Notes: generated by a model from the letters alone, not told the origin. A stretch of DNA of 64,000 nucleotides from Takakia lepidozioides (GCA_030704615.1 CM060734.1:6386001-6450000); one strand, 5' to 3'. Positions 24,856 through 38,663 are shown, numbered from the stretch's first letter. Numbers and translations are program-made.

Positions 24856-27800
24856 GTTGGAGCATGGATGAAGACGTCCACTGCGGATATGCAACTCATG
24901 CGCTTCAGAAAAATGTAAGAAAGGTGTTTGCAGGGGACGTATGTTGCATTCTTTGATGTCCTCACAGTTTCAAGCTGGGTACTGAAAAACCGTGATTGCA
25001 TACACGACACTGCGCGCAGCAGACCCGGCTGTTGACAACTGAAATATGTGCCTCATCCCGGGGTGAGGAACATCCCTGCAACCTTGCACTATGCAGGGCA
25101 TTGCAAGAGCGTTGGCCATCCTGGTGTCGTTCGCCTTTGTTGGTGGCCACCGTCTTTTCAGTTTCCCCCACCGATGGGTGGGCCAAGCTGCGGGGTCACC
25201 CACCGGTATATGGGGTGAAGAGCTTCTCGTGGGAGGAGGATGACGACTGGGAATTGGATTTTGTGGAACGTCTGTCCTCTCCACCAGTCGAAACCCTACA
25301 CTTCCTAGAGCGTCTGCCTCCTCCAGGGTAAGATCTGTACCAGTTGCCACAGGCCAGACTGCTGGTGGTTCAGGCATGCCTTGTACACCATACTTGGGCT
25401 TGCCGAACACACACGACATGATGTCGTGCCTGCAGAACCAAAACTCCTTCAGTGTGGCCTCACAAACTTTGCGCACACAAATCCCTGTGAAGCAAGGGCA
25501 GGCACACGCCCTGCGGGCTCCTCGAATCATCTCATTGCATCTCTGGTTGGTGTCGACACGAACAGCACAACATTTGCCATGAAATGACCGACGGGTCCGT
25601 GCAATTCTCCACTGCGAGGCCGACACATCTCGCTCCACGATTGGAATGTTGTATTGGGTAACGATAATAGGAGCAGCATGCTCATCCTCGGCATGTTGTC
25701 CCGAGTCTGGCAGCGATTCCATGGATGCTGCAGGAGATGGGATACGAGTCCTGCTGGGAGGAGGCGTGGGACGCAACATCGTTGCGTCCCGAGGTTGAGT
25801 GCGGATGTTCATATTTGATCTCCATGGATCGCCGTCGCCTCCGGGCATGTCCTCAATTCTTCTCTTCACCGGCCGGCTGTGGACATCGCCCTCCAGGCAG
25901 TTCCCCCGACTGTGTAACGGCGTTGACCTTATTGTTTCCCGCAATGCAGCAGTCCATTTTTTGGGATCGATCGAACGATGCCGCCCTCATCAGCATCTCC
26001 TGCCTGTCTGGTCCGATACCCATTGCTTTCCTCCCAGAAACTAGTAGTAACGAGATTGTTGCATGATGGCCCTCACAATATCTTATGTTGTGGCTGTCAA
26101 CATGTCAACGAGATGTGCCGCAGAGGAAGCACGCCAGGAAGAGTGCACCGATTCGGCCATGTTCGTCGTCGGCATATCCGTGTCATCCTCCAAGCTCATG
26201 TCCTGTTGAAGGAAATTAGAAATGTCACTCATTGTGGAGAATGTCCAAGCACAAAACAGAACAATTGTCAAGTACAGAAATGTGTTATCTGTCTCATGTA
26301 GTCTCCAAACTGCCAGAATCTATAGTGCCACCACGCAAGCCACATTTGCAGTTCTGGCTGATCTTTCACATCCACTGCCCCTGAAGACACCCACCAGGCG
26401 CCTATGGTTGCAAACTCGGTCTTCGCCTCGTCGATGGAATTCGCATTTTTCCATGCAAGGCACATACTGATATAATCCTGCCGGTGGCGTGACGCCACGA
26501 ACCTTTTCGTGTTTTGCGTCAAACTCTGCATGAAGTGAAACCCGCAAGATCTCTCATTTCCTTCCATTGGAGTCTTTGGGTCATCCCCATATACCCTTCT
26601 CACTGCAGCCCAGTTCGCCTGGGCATTGTCAGCCATGACGCCCCTAAAATTGGGAGGGGGCAACTTCGCTCTCGCCATTTGCTCATTAATTCCACGCCAT
26701 ATATGCAACTCTGAATCTGTGTCTTCTCCTTTCATTTCGCAGATAGCAATGGTCATCAACTTTCTGCAATGTGGGTCGTATACATGTGCCCCCATTGTCA
26801 CCCAATCGTGGTTGGTAATTCGTTTGATGTGGTTGAACATGACCCAGCAATTTGAGAGGTCTCCACTGGTCATCCGCTTCACCAAATCGACACCGCTCCT
26901 CGGTCCGCACATTGACATCTTAAATATGAAACACTTGTCCGTCTCTGAGCCTTGACCAGGAAAGAAGCTGCCCTGGATGAAGTTGTAGCCGCATGTGCGC
27001 TTCACTTCCAAGATGGAGTGCATGTCTGATCCTCTTCCGATTCGTTTCTTGCAACCGACAATGTGGTTCCTGACATTGGGGCTGCACACATGGGAGACAG
27101 CTTCCAGCAGCTCCTTCATGTCCCCCTCGCCCAGCTTCTCTCTTGTGCTTCCGTCCTCCGACATTATTCTACCTATTGCAATTCTATGTGTGGTTGCGAG
27201 CTGTATCTGCTTTGGTTTTGCTCCCGGCCTTAACCTCACCTCCTCCTTGATAATATCGTGGGCTTGTTGAAAAGCGACTCTGCAATTGCCTCTGGCGACG
27301 GGGTGGTCATGCTTTCCGATGTGAATGCATGCTCTGGTGCACGCTGGGCCGACGGTCCCGACGTAGTACTGCTTGGCGTTGCACACTGCCATGCACGTAG
27401 GGGCGGCGTTGCAATGGGCACACTTGAACGTCCATGCAGGAACTCTATCTTGAGGCCAAAATGGGGTCGACGAATTGCCAATCTAGTCTGTCTCATTCCG
27501 GGTGCCTTTGCTCGTGTAGTGGTAACATGTGCTCGATAAACATTTAAGATGCCCAACACACAATACATATCTCACTCGAACTCCATCACCCAGGTTGGAC
27601 GATGAAGTTTTGGTGACACACCAAGGGTGGCCGTCATGTTTCCTGTTCATTCCTGCCAATATACCGTCTGGGCCTGCGCCTGTCGGCGCTAGAGGGAACT
27701 CATAGATAGCACTCCCATCCACAACTTTAGGCAAAGTTTCCACAGAATGGATTGGAGTTTTGTCGTAATCAAGCCTAAGAAGGTCACTGGAGCGGGAACC

Positions 27801-28818
27801 CGCTGTCTTCATCCTCCGCAATATGTCGATTACTGAGCGGACAGAAGTTGAGTCCGAGGGTGTGTGCTCATTGTCTACCGACATCTGAACACTCCTAGTG
27901 ACTGACGACTTCGAAACATACGATGGAAGGACCATACAGTCTTCATCGTCACTGGATAAGTCGTGGACGACTGTTTCCCTATTTTCCTCGATTTCCCTTT
28001 TCACATGTTTGGGCTTGTCTGCTTGTGAAGAGGTGCCCACATCCCTCATGGCAGACTTCACATCTTGCACGCCAGACCCTCTTGTGGAAGGAGGATCAAC
28101 CAAGTTCCAGCGTAGGAACTCTTTACGCACGATTTCACCAATTGCACTGTACCGGATGGATTCAGAAGCTGGGAGCCGCCACTCTTTGCCCTTTCCGAAA
28201 TTTGCATGCAGAATGACAGCACTTTCTAGAAAATTTCCATAAGCATCTTTCGTCTCCTCTTCCAAAAACACCGTTCCAGGGTGGAGCCCGAACTTCACAC
28301 ACAAGTATTGCTCAGTGACAATCGCAAATCCTTGGTCGCAGGGTATTTTAGCTTTCAGAGAATCAGGATGGAAGTACACATTTACCCAAACACGGGAGTC
28401 CATGTTAAAGACCGTAACTCTCGGTAGGCTCCGCAGCGAAGTCCTGCAATGAGAAGAGTGTGTCATACATAATACCACAATCATTTTCTGGAGGATTCTG
28501 TATGCAACAGGATGGGTGATCAGTGCACGTATGGATGAAGGTGTGTAACGTACGTTACACATACGGAAGACCACAGCAAATTCACATCGGAAATTGGGTG
28601 CCTGAATTGTGATGTACCACCAGTTGGGCAACAATAAATCAGGCCTTCTCATGAATTTCGGCACCGAAATCCGGATGAACATCTCTGTCATGTAACAGAT
28701 TTGGAAGCCACGGGATGAATTCCTGCGACAGAATTCGAAATTAGTTCACCTCATGAAACTGAGCAAGCACCCGACGGATGGATTTCGGTGCCGAAATTCG
28801 GATGAACACGTTCTTCAT

Positions 28819-30312
28819 AGGGAATGGCGAGTTCCACCATCGGACAACGTCATATACAGGGCTGTTGGGGACTTCATTTGCCCGCCAAATGCGCCTTCTA
28901 TCCTGGCGCCTTCCACGAAACAATCCGCAAATCAGAGAGTGGGTACCTCAAAGAGAGAAGTCCGCAACGAAGTAAATCCAGAGCCGAACCCATCAATGAA
29001 GACCAGCGAGAACCGGGTTGTTCACAACCTGTCCGACTCCGACGAGGTCATGGAGGTTCCGAGATCATCCTGGAGATCAGGCAAGTCCTCAATGGACATC
29101 AGCGGACGAGGGAGTCATATTCCCAGCACGAACACAACAGTTCGATCCATTCTTGAAATTCTGCAAGGGCTTCACATGGAGGGACACCGCTCGGAGCTGG
29201 CTGGGCTGGACTACAGCAAGTTCACAATTAAATCCGTTACATGCCTTCCCGCAGACATCGACGGTAATATGTTCTTTGAGTTCCCACCTCGAACGGACTA
29301 TTCCAGGGCGTCCGGAATGTTGACAGATATGGATAGGAAACATGACGGTCATCCTTGGTGCGTCACCAAAACCACCAGCATGAAGATGCTCGATGGTGTG
29401 CGGGTGCGCTACGTTGTTTGTGCGGGCGCGTTGCGGTGTTTCTCCCCAACTTGCTTCCACTTTAAATCCAGAGGTCACAAGAACGAGACGGATTGGACAG
29501 GCACAGCTCATCAACCATTTCGAGCTCAGGAAAAGGTTCCAAACTCCACATTTAAGTGTGCGCATTGCAAAGAACCAGGTCACATTGCATGTCTATTTGT
29601 AATGCCAAGCAGTTCTATGTGTTGCACCGTTTCCCTGACCTTACACGAGCTTCCATACACGTTGGTTCCCATTGTCACAAATTGGCGAGGGGGAACTCAT
29701 GGGAGGCTGCCCACAAGGCAGAGCAGCTCGTTCAGGAGGAGGTTAAGTTGAGACCTGGTGCCAAACCCAAACAGATACAGCTGCAGGCCGCCCATAAGAT
29801 GGCATTGGCCAGAATTATGTCGGAAGACGGCTCTAACAAAGTTCCTCTCGATGAGAAGGAAATGGAGGCATTGTTGGAGTCAGTGTCCCACGTCTGTTCA
29901 CCGAATGTCCGAAACCACATTGTCTCCTGCAAACAGAAAATTGGGCGTGGCTCGGATATGCACTCCATTCTTGAGGTGAAGCAATGATGTGGATATGACT
30001 ACATTCATGGAAGTAGGTTTCCTGGACAAAGGACTGAGGCAGATCGTTGTTTCGTATTCAAAATGTCCACGTGTGGGCCTGGCAGCGGCGTTGAACTGGT
30101 CAACTAGATGACGAGTGGGGACTTGTCAAACAGTTGGGTCATGTTCGACCATATCAAACGAATTACAAATCACCAGTGGGTGACAATGGCTGCACATGTC
30201 TACGACACCCACTGCAGGATGCTAATGACAATTGTTATTTGTGAGATGAAAGGAGAGGACACACAATCGGAGATGCTTCTTTGGCAGGGAATAAACAAAC
30301 AGATGACCAGGG
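28819..30312 (+). pseudogene. Internal fragment of a transposase-1-family MULE gene, inverted and truncated at both ends
   Basis: Highly similar to the reverse complement of about 13160-12581 plus 9328-8417, without the LTR insertion. Starts abruptly at agggaatggcg. Confidence 0.9.
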
Positions 30313-31389
30313 GGGGACAGTCCTAAACAGTAAACCGTGAGGACACGGCTTTTTGAGAGAGGGAGGGGTAATATTAGAGGGCTGTCTGGGACTTAGACAC
30401 TTTTACGGGTTCTGTGGGGTCCCCTTAATTTTTGCGCAGACTTGCAGATGGTAGACTTAGACCGACACAGGCCTTAGGGGTGATAGACAGGCTCACACAA
30501 TCAGTCACGGGCTGACACAACTTAACACAGTTTGGACAGCACTACACAACTTGACACAGCCTGATACAGCCCTACACAACTTATCACAGTCTGTCACGGT
30601 CAGTCGCAGTCTATCACAGTCTATCACAGCACGACACAGCCCGACACAGCTTTACACAGCCAGTCACAGCCGACACAGCCAATCATAGCTCGGCACAGTC
30701 ACAGCCTGACACAACATGGCACAGCCCGTCACAACGTACATAGGGAACGGTTACCATGGCAGGGAATGTCTGTGTGGGAATGACATCTACAGAGGGAACG
30801 TGCATTCTGTCTTGAGATAACAGTTAGTTTGTTAGACGGTTAGAACAGCTTGCAGGTAGATTAGGGGAGTAGCAACTGGAAGAGGACACTTCTGGTGGGG
30901 GAGAGACTTCAGGCATCACGTCTTGGACATCACGGGAGGAGATCAAGTGGAGAGCACAATCTTGGAGCACTGGGATGGAGATTACACATGCAATGTGTTG
31001 ATACTTGATGAATGCAAGCTGTAGAGTTGTACTGTAGAGCAAATTAGAGACACCATGGCTTCGGCCTGATACTTGATAGATATTAATCTGACACATATTT
31101 CATACCCACATTGTGTAGAGAGACCTGAGTGAAGCTGTGGAATGAATGCATGAGAAGATTGAATCTGGAAGATTGCTGAAGCAATCCGATACTTTAATAT
31201 AAACAATAAGGGTAATTGTTGACATGAAGGCAAGAAGGAATACAAACAGGAAGCACTTCCATGATACACTAGTTGTAGGTCATGACTGATTGTTCTAAGC
31301 GGGCTGAGTGCTTAGAGATATCCAACTCTTCTATCTTGGAGTTCCCACCTCAGATAGCGAAGGGATGGGTGAGTAAAAACCGCTCGACA
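30313..31389 (+). mobile_element. PPT plus 3' LTR (about 30372-31389) of a non-chromoviral Ty3 element, related to LTR 62407-63453
   Basis: gagagagggaggggtaa PPT. Diverged inverted similarity to 62407-63453, including the acacagc-type simple repeats. Ends ccgctcgaca. Confidence 0.85.
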
Positions 31390-31870
31390 GATACCCGCTA
31401 CCCCCGCCATACCCATCGCTAGGTAACTACGATGGCTTTAAGGTTGCACAGTGGCGATACCTATGCCTACCCGCCAGACCCGTCGCTACGTAAAGACGAT
31501 GTCTGGGGGGTCGCATCACCTCCCGCCACCGATAGCTTACTCCAACCCCCTTGGGGTCGCAGCATGGCTATACCCCTGGAACCACCATATCCGTCGCTAG
31601 GTAAGTCCGACCCCCGTGGGGTCGGTCGGTATTCCGAACCTTTTAACTATTTTCTTTTTATTAAAAAAAAAAGTAACAGTGCGACCCCCTTGGGGTCGCA
31701 AGGGCAAAGCTCCACAGCGTCGGACAACGGGTCGGTTAGAGGGGCCTGGTGTCGGGGCAATTTGGCGACCCCCTGGGGGTCAGTCTTAACTGCCCGATTT
31801 ACCGACGCCTTTTTAGCGACGCCTCAGGGGTCGGTATTTGGGACTTGGCCGCGACGACTTTAGACCCCCT

Positions 31871-32389
31871 TGTCGTGCGCATACATATCGCTACACAACT
31901 ACATCGCTGTCCAAACCACACCACACATATATGCACAAGAAAAGTAGTCTGCCACTGATAAGAAAACCCCCAAGAACACACTATGACACAAAACATGAAA
32001 ACCAACCATCACTCTTTAGAAATAGTAGTCGAGCCAGGGGGCACCCAAGCTATGGGGACTCCACCCACAACAACCTACACTCCATCATGAGTACACTCAG
32101 ATCTAAATGCATGGAGGAGCTCGGTCGCGCAGGCTCAACTCGAGAGAGATGAGCTGCGCGACTGCCGCTCTTGTGAAGATAAGACGGACCAGGTGTCAAA
32201 TTAAACTTGACACTGATTAACACTTGACCTAAATCCAAGTGTTAAATACAAATAACTAGTTTTATTCTAGCTGTTGTCACACTGTGCTTATTTAACTTGA
32301 CAGCTGTCGTGCGCATACATATCGCTACACAACTACATCGCTGTCCAAACCACACCACACATATATGCACAATAAAGTAGTCTGCCACA
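31871..32389 (-). repeat. 3' terminal repeat block A-B-A
   Basis: About 85-bp A copies flank the 347-bp B. PPT-like tagggggcgat (minus strand, 32390-32400) abuts the inner A. Confidence 0.9.
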
Positions 32390-32647
32390 ATCGCCCCCTA
32401 GCTGGTGGATAGGTCCCTCTACCTCCAGATAGCTACAAGATGTAATAGCCACAGCCGTACTAAGTCCTCTATCACTGTCCCTATTGTACTCAAACTCTAT
32501 AGACCAAGAGGCCGGGTACAAGAGTAGCCCCATCGTTAGTCGCCGTCTTGCAATCTGTGAACTTGAGCCAGGATCTCGTGTGTTCAAGGTCTCCTAGTAG
32601 CTGGGCCTTGCGTTTCTTGTTAGCTTCCATGGTTGTATCCACTCCCA

Positions 32648-33954
32648 CTATCCAATGCAATGTGGACATAACCAATCCCCATCTGGAACCATCTCAAGAG
32701 GTGGAGTCAAGCATCCCATATGCCAACCTCTAGAGCATCGATCACACACCAGCATGGTGGCTGCCCCTTTAGCAGACCCACACAACATGCACCTCAAACC
32801 TGCAGATACCACTGCCAGGTTTGGGTCAATCCTGCCATCGACATTCGGAAGGTGACATGGCGCACAATTACGCACATGGTCCTTCCAAGTTATGCCATCC
32901 CGACCCTCCAAGACCAAGACGCCTGAGGGCAAGACCTCTCGAACCCTCAAAATAACACGTCCTGCAGTCACATCCAGGGTCGTAGGAGCAGTCTGCTGCA
33001 GATAGACATAGTCACCAGGGTTGAATCTCCGAACCCCAGGACGATAGCCCCCACCACGTATGGTAGCATACCTCAACGTATCACGGTGTTGTGCAATGGC
33101 AAGGTTCTCGAAAGCCATGGGCATGACTCTCTTGAACAACTCTGCACGCTGCTCACATGCACGTGCCCACACGTCCGGATCGTCAAGGTTAAGAACTGTA
33201 GCAGCTTCTCTGCGAATGGATGTAGGCAAATCCGGCTCTCGGCCAAGAGAAGAAAGTATGGTGAGAAGGAGGCAAGTGCTTGCTTGCTGAACCTGTAGCC
33301 CATGGCTAACCAGGGTAACTGAAGGTCCCAATCTCCTAGGTGTCCCTTCTGCAAGCCATACTTGCGCAAACCCCTCTTTACTGTCTGAACAACTCTCTCT
33401 GCCAAGCCATCGGCCTCAGGATGATCCCGAGAAGTGGTGCGGTGGTCTATCAAGGCCTTGTCACACAAAGCCTGAAACTCCCCCAAGAACTCTCTCCCTT
33501 GGTCCGTGAGTACCTCAGCTGGAGCACCGAATCGGCTAAGCACACAATCCAAGAATGCATACGCAGCTCCCTCACTAGCCTTATCAGGCAATGGAACCAA
33601 TTCAATCCACTTGGAGAAGTGCTCCACCATCACCAACACGTACTTGTTGTGGCGCATGGTCAGTGGCAACGGCCCTGCGAAGTCAAGACTCCACCTGTAG
33701 CCCAATCCCATGATCGGAAGAGGGTGCAATTGTGGAGTAGGGGCGTTGAATGAAGCACGCACCCTGTCACACACCATGCACCTAGCCACAAATTGTTGCA
33801 CCTCTGTGTGCATACCACGCCACCAATACTGCCCCTGCAGTAGACTATGAGTGCGTCGCACCCCAAAATGCCCCAACTCCTCATGGGCATGCCGCACTAA
33901 CCGTGCCCGCTGTGTTGGGTGAGGCACAATCCTCACTCGACCATCCTCCCACAC
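32648..33954 (-). pseudogene. Integrase (H2C2, rve DDE) plus C-terminal PHD finger
   Basis: HEELGHFG...CMVC; SLDFAGP; LTDQGREF; ADGLAERVV. C4HC3 PHD CMLC...CDRCSRGWHMGCLTPPL..VPDGDWLCPHC at about 32655-32791. One frameshift near 33240-33280. Confidence 0.93.
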
Positions 33955-34024
33955 TCGGAGCAGGTGTGTCCCCTCCCACTGAACCTCTTGGCTCGTTGTA
34001 GGATCCGATCCCTCTCCTTGGCAG

Positions 34025-35620
34025 TCACAGTGGCTGCAGTGTCTCCAGTGCGGAGGTAGTCCAACACAACTGAATCCTCATGTATATCTTGGCGCCACCT
34101 TGCTCATTGCTGGCCTCAGGGTCCTCAGACACTTGATCTACAGTCATCCCTGTTGCAGGTCCAACCTGGCCTTCCGCTGCCAAGATACACAGAAATGCAG
34201 ATGCATGCCATCCGGGCACCATCTCCTCGTCCGTCTCACCATGCCACCGAGCTCCAGTGTCATCCTGCTGGCTCGTGCATGGATTGCGACTCAACCCATC
34301 TGCATTGCGATTGACCAAACCCGGTCGATGCACCACCTGAAAGTCATACTCTTGAAGGATGAGTGCCCACCGTGCAAGCTTCCCCGTAAGCTTGTCTGAC
34401 TCCATCAACCACTTGAGTGGTTGGTGATCCGTGACAAGGGTGAAGAGATTGCCGTATAGATAGCACCTGAAGTGTGCCACGGCCCACACTGCAGCTAAGC
34501 ATTCTCCCTCATATGAGCTATACTTAGACTCTGCAGCATTGTTCGAGCGGCTAGCATAAGCCACTACGAACTCTCTTCCCTCATCATCCACCTGTGTGAG
34601 CACCGCTCCAAGCCCCAGCATGCTCCAATCTGTATGCAGCTGAAAAGGACGCCCCCTGATAGGTCGTCTCAAGATGGGCGCCGAGGTCAACCTCGCCTTG
34701 AGCTCTTGAAAAGCTTGTTCTTGCTCATCTTCCCACTGCCACTCCTGGTCCACCTTGGTCAGCTTGGTTAGAGCCTTTGCAATGGCACTAAATCCCTTAA
34801 CAAACCGTCTGTAATAGTTTGCTAACCCCATGAAAGCTCGAACTCGGCTCACATCCGTGGGGCGTGGAACCTGTGCAATGGACTCTACCTTAGTCTGCTG
34901 TACCCCCAATCCTCCAGGATATATCATGTGACCCAGATACTCAATCTGGTTGTGGAAAAACTTGCACTTGCCCGGATGTAACTTCAATCCGTGCGCCCTC
35001 AAGCGCTCAAATACCCCCTGAAGGTGTCTCTCATGCTCCTCCACCGTAGCACTAAAGATGATGATGTCATCTATGTAGCACCGCAGAGCAAACTCCACCC
35101 CTGCTAGAATCCTGTCCATGACTCTTTGAAACTCAGCGGGAGCGTTTTTAAGCCCAAATGGTAAGAACCGCCACTGGTATAGGCAATCCTTCCCGTGCTC
35201 ATTGATCCCCCAGAATGCCGTCTTTTGCTTATCCGCCTCCTTGATCGGCAACTGGTGATATCCGGATCGTAAATCCAACGTGCTAAAGACCTTGGAATGC
35301 CCAATGGCATCAAAGATCTCCTCTGGTGTCGGCATGGCATACCTATCGGACTTGGTCTGACGATTTACAGGCCGGTAATCACCGCACATACGTCTCTCCG
35401 TCCAATTGCCATAGACATCCTTCTTGGCTGGCATCACTGTGGCTGAAGCATACTCTCCACCAGAGAGCTCCACCAAACCTGCCTCCCAGAGATCTTGAGT
35501 CCTCATCTGAATCAAAGACCTCTCCATGTCACTGTATCTATAGGGTCTCCGAAAGATTGGCGTGTCAGTGGCCAACTCAATACGGATCTCTTGACCCTTC
35601 AGTGCTCCCAAGTCCTTCAA
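34025..35620 (-). CDS. Reverse transcriptase and RNase H (part of pol)
   Basis: RMCGDYRPVN, LDLRSGYHQ, LPFGLKNAP, YIDDII, HTDWS, YEGECLA, VTDHQPL, NADGLSR. Confidence 0.95.
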   Translation of the reverse strand: MKDLGALKGQEIRIELATDTPIFRRPYRYSDMERSLIQMRTQDLWEAGLVELSGGEYASATVMPAKKDVYGNWTERRMCGDYRPVNRQTKSDRYAMPTPEEIFDAIGHSKVFSTLDLRSGYHQLPIKEADKQKTAFWGINEHGKDCLYQWRFLPFGLKNAPAEFQRVMDRILAGVEFALRCYIDDIIIFSATVEEHERHLQGVFERLRAHGLKLHPGKCKFFHNQIEYLGHMIYPGGLGVQQTKVESIAQVPRPTDVSRVRAFMGLANYYRRFVKGFSAIAKALTKLTKVDQEWQWEDEQEQAFQELKARLTSAPILRRPIRGRPFQLHTDWSMLGLGAVLTQVDDEGREFVVAYASRSNNAAESKYSSYEGECLAAVWAVAHFRCYLYGNLFTLVTDHQPLKWLMESDKLTGKLARWALILQEYDFQVVHRPGLVNRNADGLSRNPCTSQQDDTGARWHGETDEEMVPGWHASAFLCILAAEGQVGPATGMTVDQVSEDPEASNEQGGAKIYMRIQLCWTTSALETLQPL

Positions 35621-36074
35621 ACTGAAGGCAAAGCAATTCCTGTAAGCCCTCAGGAACCGCCGTATACGTCGTCTCTCTCCTCCGGTGACAATGGGTCCAA
35701 TGTCAGGCTCCCAATTGTCCTCCGTAACTGCAACCTTAAGTCCAGTGGGCTTAGAGGTAGAGGACGCGTCCCGTGGTTGCTATGCTGCAACCTCTTGAGC
35801 AGTACTCCCTTCCTGCTCAGTCAATGACAAGGCCTCATCCTGCCCCATCATCTCATCATTGAGAACCTCCTCATCCGAGAAGAATCCCCAACCTCATCCA
35901 TCACAGCTGCCTTGGCTGCCAACTCCCTCTGAACCTCGAGCACCTCCCACGTGTGCCATGGATGTCTACACCCCGTGGTCCTCACCGGCTCGCCCCCACT
36001 CGCTGCCTGTACCGTCTCGGTAGGCAGAGAGACCGTCAAGGGAAGTGCACTCCGCACTCTACGTTGCTCAGCCA

Positions 36075-37026
36075 TAGCCAAGCTGATAATCCAGGTCAAG
36101 CAATTGAGATCCATTGCTTGCCCCAACACCTGACGACGTGATGCCTCAGAAAGAGAAGGCACCGCCGTGGTCCCAGTGGAAAACCCCATAGCCCGCTCTC
36201 GCTCGTCGGCATTAGGCTCCACTAACTGCTGCAACTGAGCATCCCACAGGAGGCCAGGTCCACCATCCCAAAAAGCATGGGATCCTGGGAAGCTGAGCAG
36301 TGTAGGTAATGCTGCTCGTGGTTGACCCACCCTGTTGACCACTGCCAAAGGCGAACGGTCATCGTGTCTCACACGTTGAGACTGCCTCCCTGTGTCCAAA
36401 ATGCCATCCACGGTGAGGTGTGCTGGCCGCTGCACCCCATCAAATGCACGCTTGAGCAGTGCGGGTGGCATCAAGTTAGTCCACCAAAGCCGTGGACGAT
36501 GAGCCCGTGACCCCACTGCAGCTGCATCCAGCAACACTGCTGACCCAAGCCACGACCGGACTTGATGCACACTGGCCATCACCCTGGCCCAGAATCACCC
36601 ATCAGTGGCACATTCTCCAAGATGTATGCTGGAGATACAGCTTGATGAAGCTGCAAGTGGCGCAAAATCCCGCACCATCTCCCAAAACAGACCCGTCCTC
36701 GAGTCTCGCAATCCATTGCCATGCCCGGCTGATGAATGCCCTTGGCAGGGCCAACCTGCCACTACCAGATCAATGGAGCCAACCTGCTCCAAATCCGGCG
36801 CCCCCAGCAACGAAATGTCTGCTGGCAAGGCTTGTTGGTATCCACGAACTGCAGACACTGGCAACAAAGCAGGGTACTGCTGTACCAACTGAGCAACATG
36901 GCGCAGTGAGACGCGTCGTGCAGTCTCATCCCTCTCCACATACAGGTAACGCCTTACCCGCACACCTGCCTATAGCACAGCAGCCAATCCGGTGCTGATC
37001 CCGCCAAACAAGTCCAGAAGGCAAAT
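36075..37026 (-). pseudogene. DNMT3-like cytosine-5 DNA methyltransferase domain within pol
   Basis: Motif I LDLFGGIS, II YVERD, IV AGWPCQGHS, VI YILENV (after a 1-nt shift near 36668), VIII AHRPRLWWTN, IX ERERAMGF, X RRQVLGQAM. One in-frame TAG at 36970-36972. Confidence 0.92.
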
Positions 37027-37349
37027 GCCTTCATCCGGATACTGCCACACAATAGGTGTGGTATCCAATGGTGACAACTGAGGTGGTCCTGGTGCAATGC
37101 CCGCACTCTCCTCCTCTCCTGACGGTACAAAAGCCTCTACCCAGGCTTGTTGCACCCGTCGATCAGCAATCTGCTGCAAATCCTTGCTCGTACCCCACAA
37201 TGGAGTGTGAGCAACCATGGCAGGCAACTCCGCCATACCATGCATGTCATCATGCTCTGCTGGAGGTGGCACATCCTCTGCATGGGCATTGCCTTCCAGC
37301 AACTCTCCAGGCCAACTAACTGCAGCTGTAAAGGCGGCTAATGTTGGCA

Positions 37350-37800
37350 TCTTGCCCCGTTGGGCAGCCGCAATACCCCCAATGAATGTCATAGGGAGCT
37401 GTGCACGACGACCATCCCCTGACTGCCATCCAGGCCTGTAGGATGCTGACTCCTCCCAAAAGTCCAGGGTGAAGCCCATGGGATATAACACTGCCCCACC
37501 AACGAGGACATCGTAAGAGACTGCGTCTGTCACAATGGCCTTGACCCGCATCACTGAGCCATCTACAGGATGATCCGGCTGCAGTCTAATGGCCAACTGA
37601 TGCCGTGTCATGCCCTGAGCCTGCTCTGATCCTCCCAGAGATGTTTGTATCTGGAAAGGACAAGGCTCCATATCCGCCTCCATGAGGCCCAAACCTGCAA
37701 TAGCAGCTCTACCCAACATCAGTGGCTGGGCTCCCGAGTCCAACAAGACCCGCAGTGGCCGGTACTTCTTGCCTGCCGGTCCACTCAAAGAGAAAATGCC
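37350..37800 (-). CDS. Aspartic protease domain (within ORF 36970-38490)
   Basis: RVLLDSGAQPLMLG...YDVLVGGAVL. Confidence 0.85.
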
Positions 37801-38663
37801 ATCCTGGTTGTCTAACAAGACAACTCCAGGTGTCACCATGGCGCGCTCAAAGGCTGGCCTAGCTGGCAGCTCCGTCAACCTGGCAGCTGCAGCTTGCCAT
37901 GGCGCAGCCGTGGCAGTCTTGACCCTCAAATCCGAGGATCCCTCTGCCACTACACCTTCCAGTAACTCCGCAGAAGATGAAGTGACCTCCCCACTCTCAC
38001 AGAGTGTTGCTGCTAGTCTGAACACTGCAGCAGGTCTTACCCCCGACGTCGCAATCATGGTTGCCGAGAACAGTGGGGCTTGACACACAGAGGTGGCTGC
38101 CCCCAACAACACACCGGCTGCACTAGCCTTGGCAGCAGGTGTCAGTGCTACACGTGTAGCTCTCCCCAATGGCATAGTAACCTCCGCCTCGGTAACAGTC
38201 GGGCGAGAACTAGGTGCCATGGATGGCGTTGACACTGCCTCCGCCAAGGTGAATGACTGAGGCAGCCTCGCCTGACGGCTTGCCTCCCCACGTTGTGGAT
38301 CCAACTCCACCTCTGCACCTCGTGGCTCAGGAGCTCGTGCTGCTCCTCGAGTCACGGCTGCAGCAGACTCCACCTGCACTAGTGGTAGTGCTGCTCCGCA
38401 CATGAATCCCATGCCTCCCATATCTCCTCCCTCAGGAGCAGGAGGTGGACCATCCCGCCTGGGAGCCGGTACCACCTGAGCTATAGCCATTGCAGCGAGC
38501 CTTTGCTCTAGCTGCTGAAGCAGTTGGCCATGCCTTGGTCAACACCCTGACCACCGCGTCCTTGGCTATGTTGAGCTTGCCCTTGGCCTGCACCTCGTGC
38601 CCGACCACCTCGTCCTCTCTGGGCTGGTCCACCTCGCCCCCGGCCACCATTGTTCTCTTGGAA

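Larger units (their letters stand above)
17865..28403 (-). pseudogene. MULE-family DDE transposase 2 with SWIM finger; interrupted near its 3' end by the chromovirus
   Basis: ORFs 27483-28691, 26268-27392, 26083-26271, 24970-25944 and 24860-25010 carry HDGHPWC, MFNHIKR, VMADNAQANW, ERSCGFHF, TTNMAESVH and CKHLSYIF. The C-terminus FIHAPT|LSFNKLHKAL resumes at 17922-17865. Confidence 0.88.
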
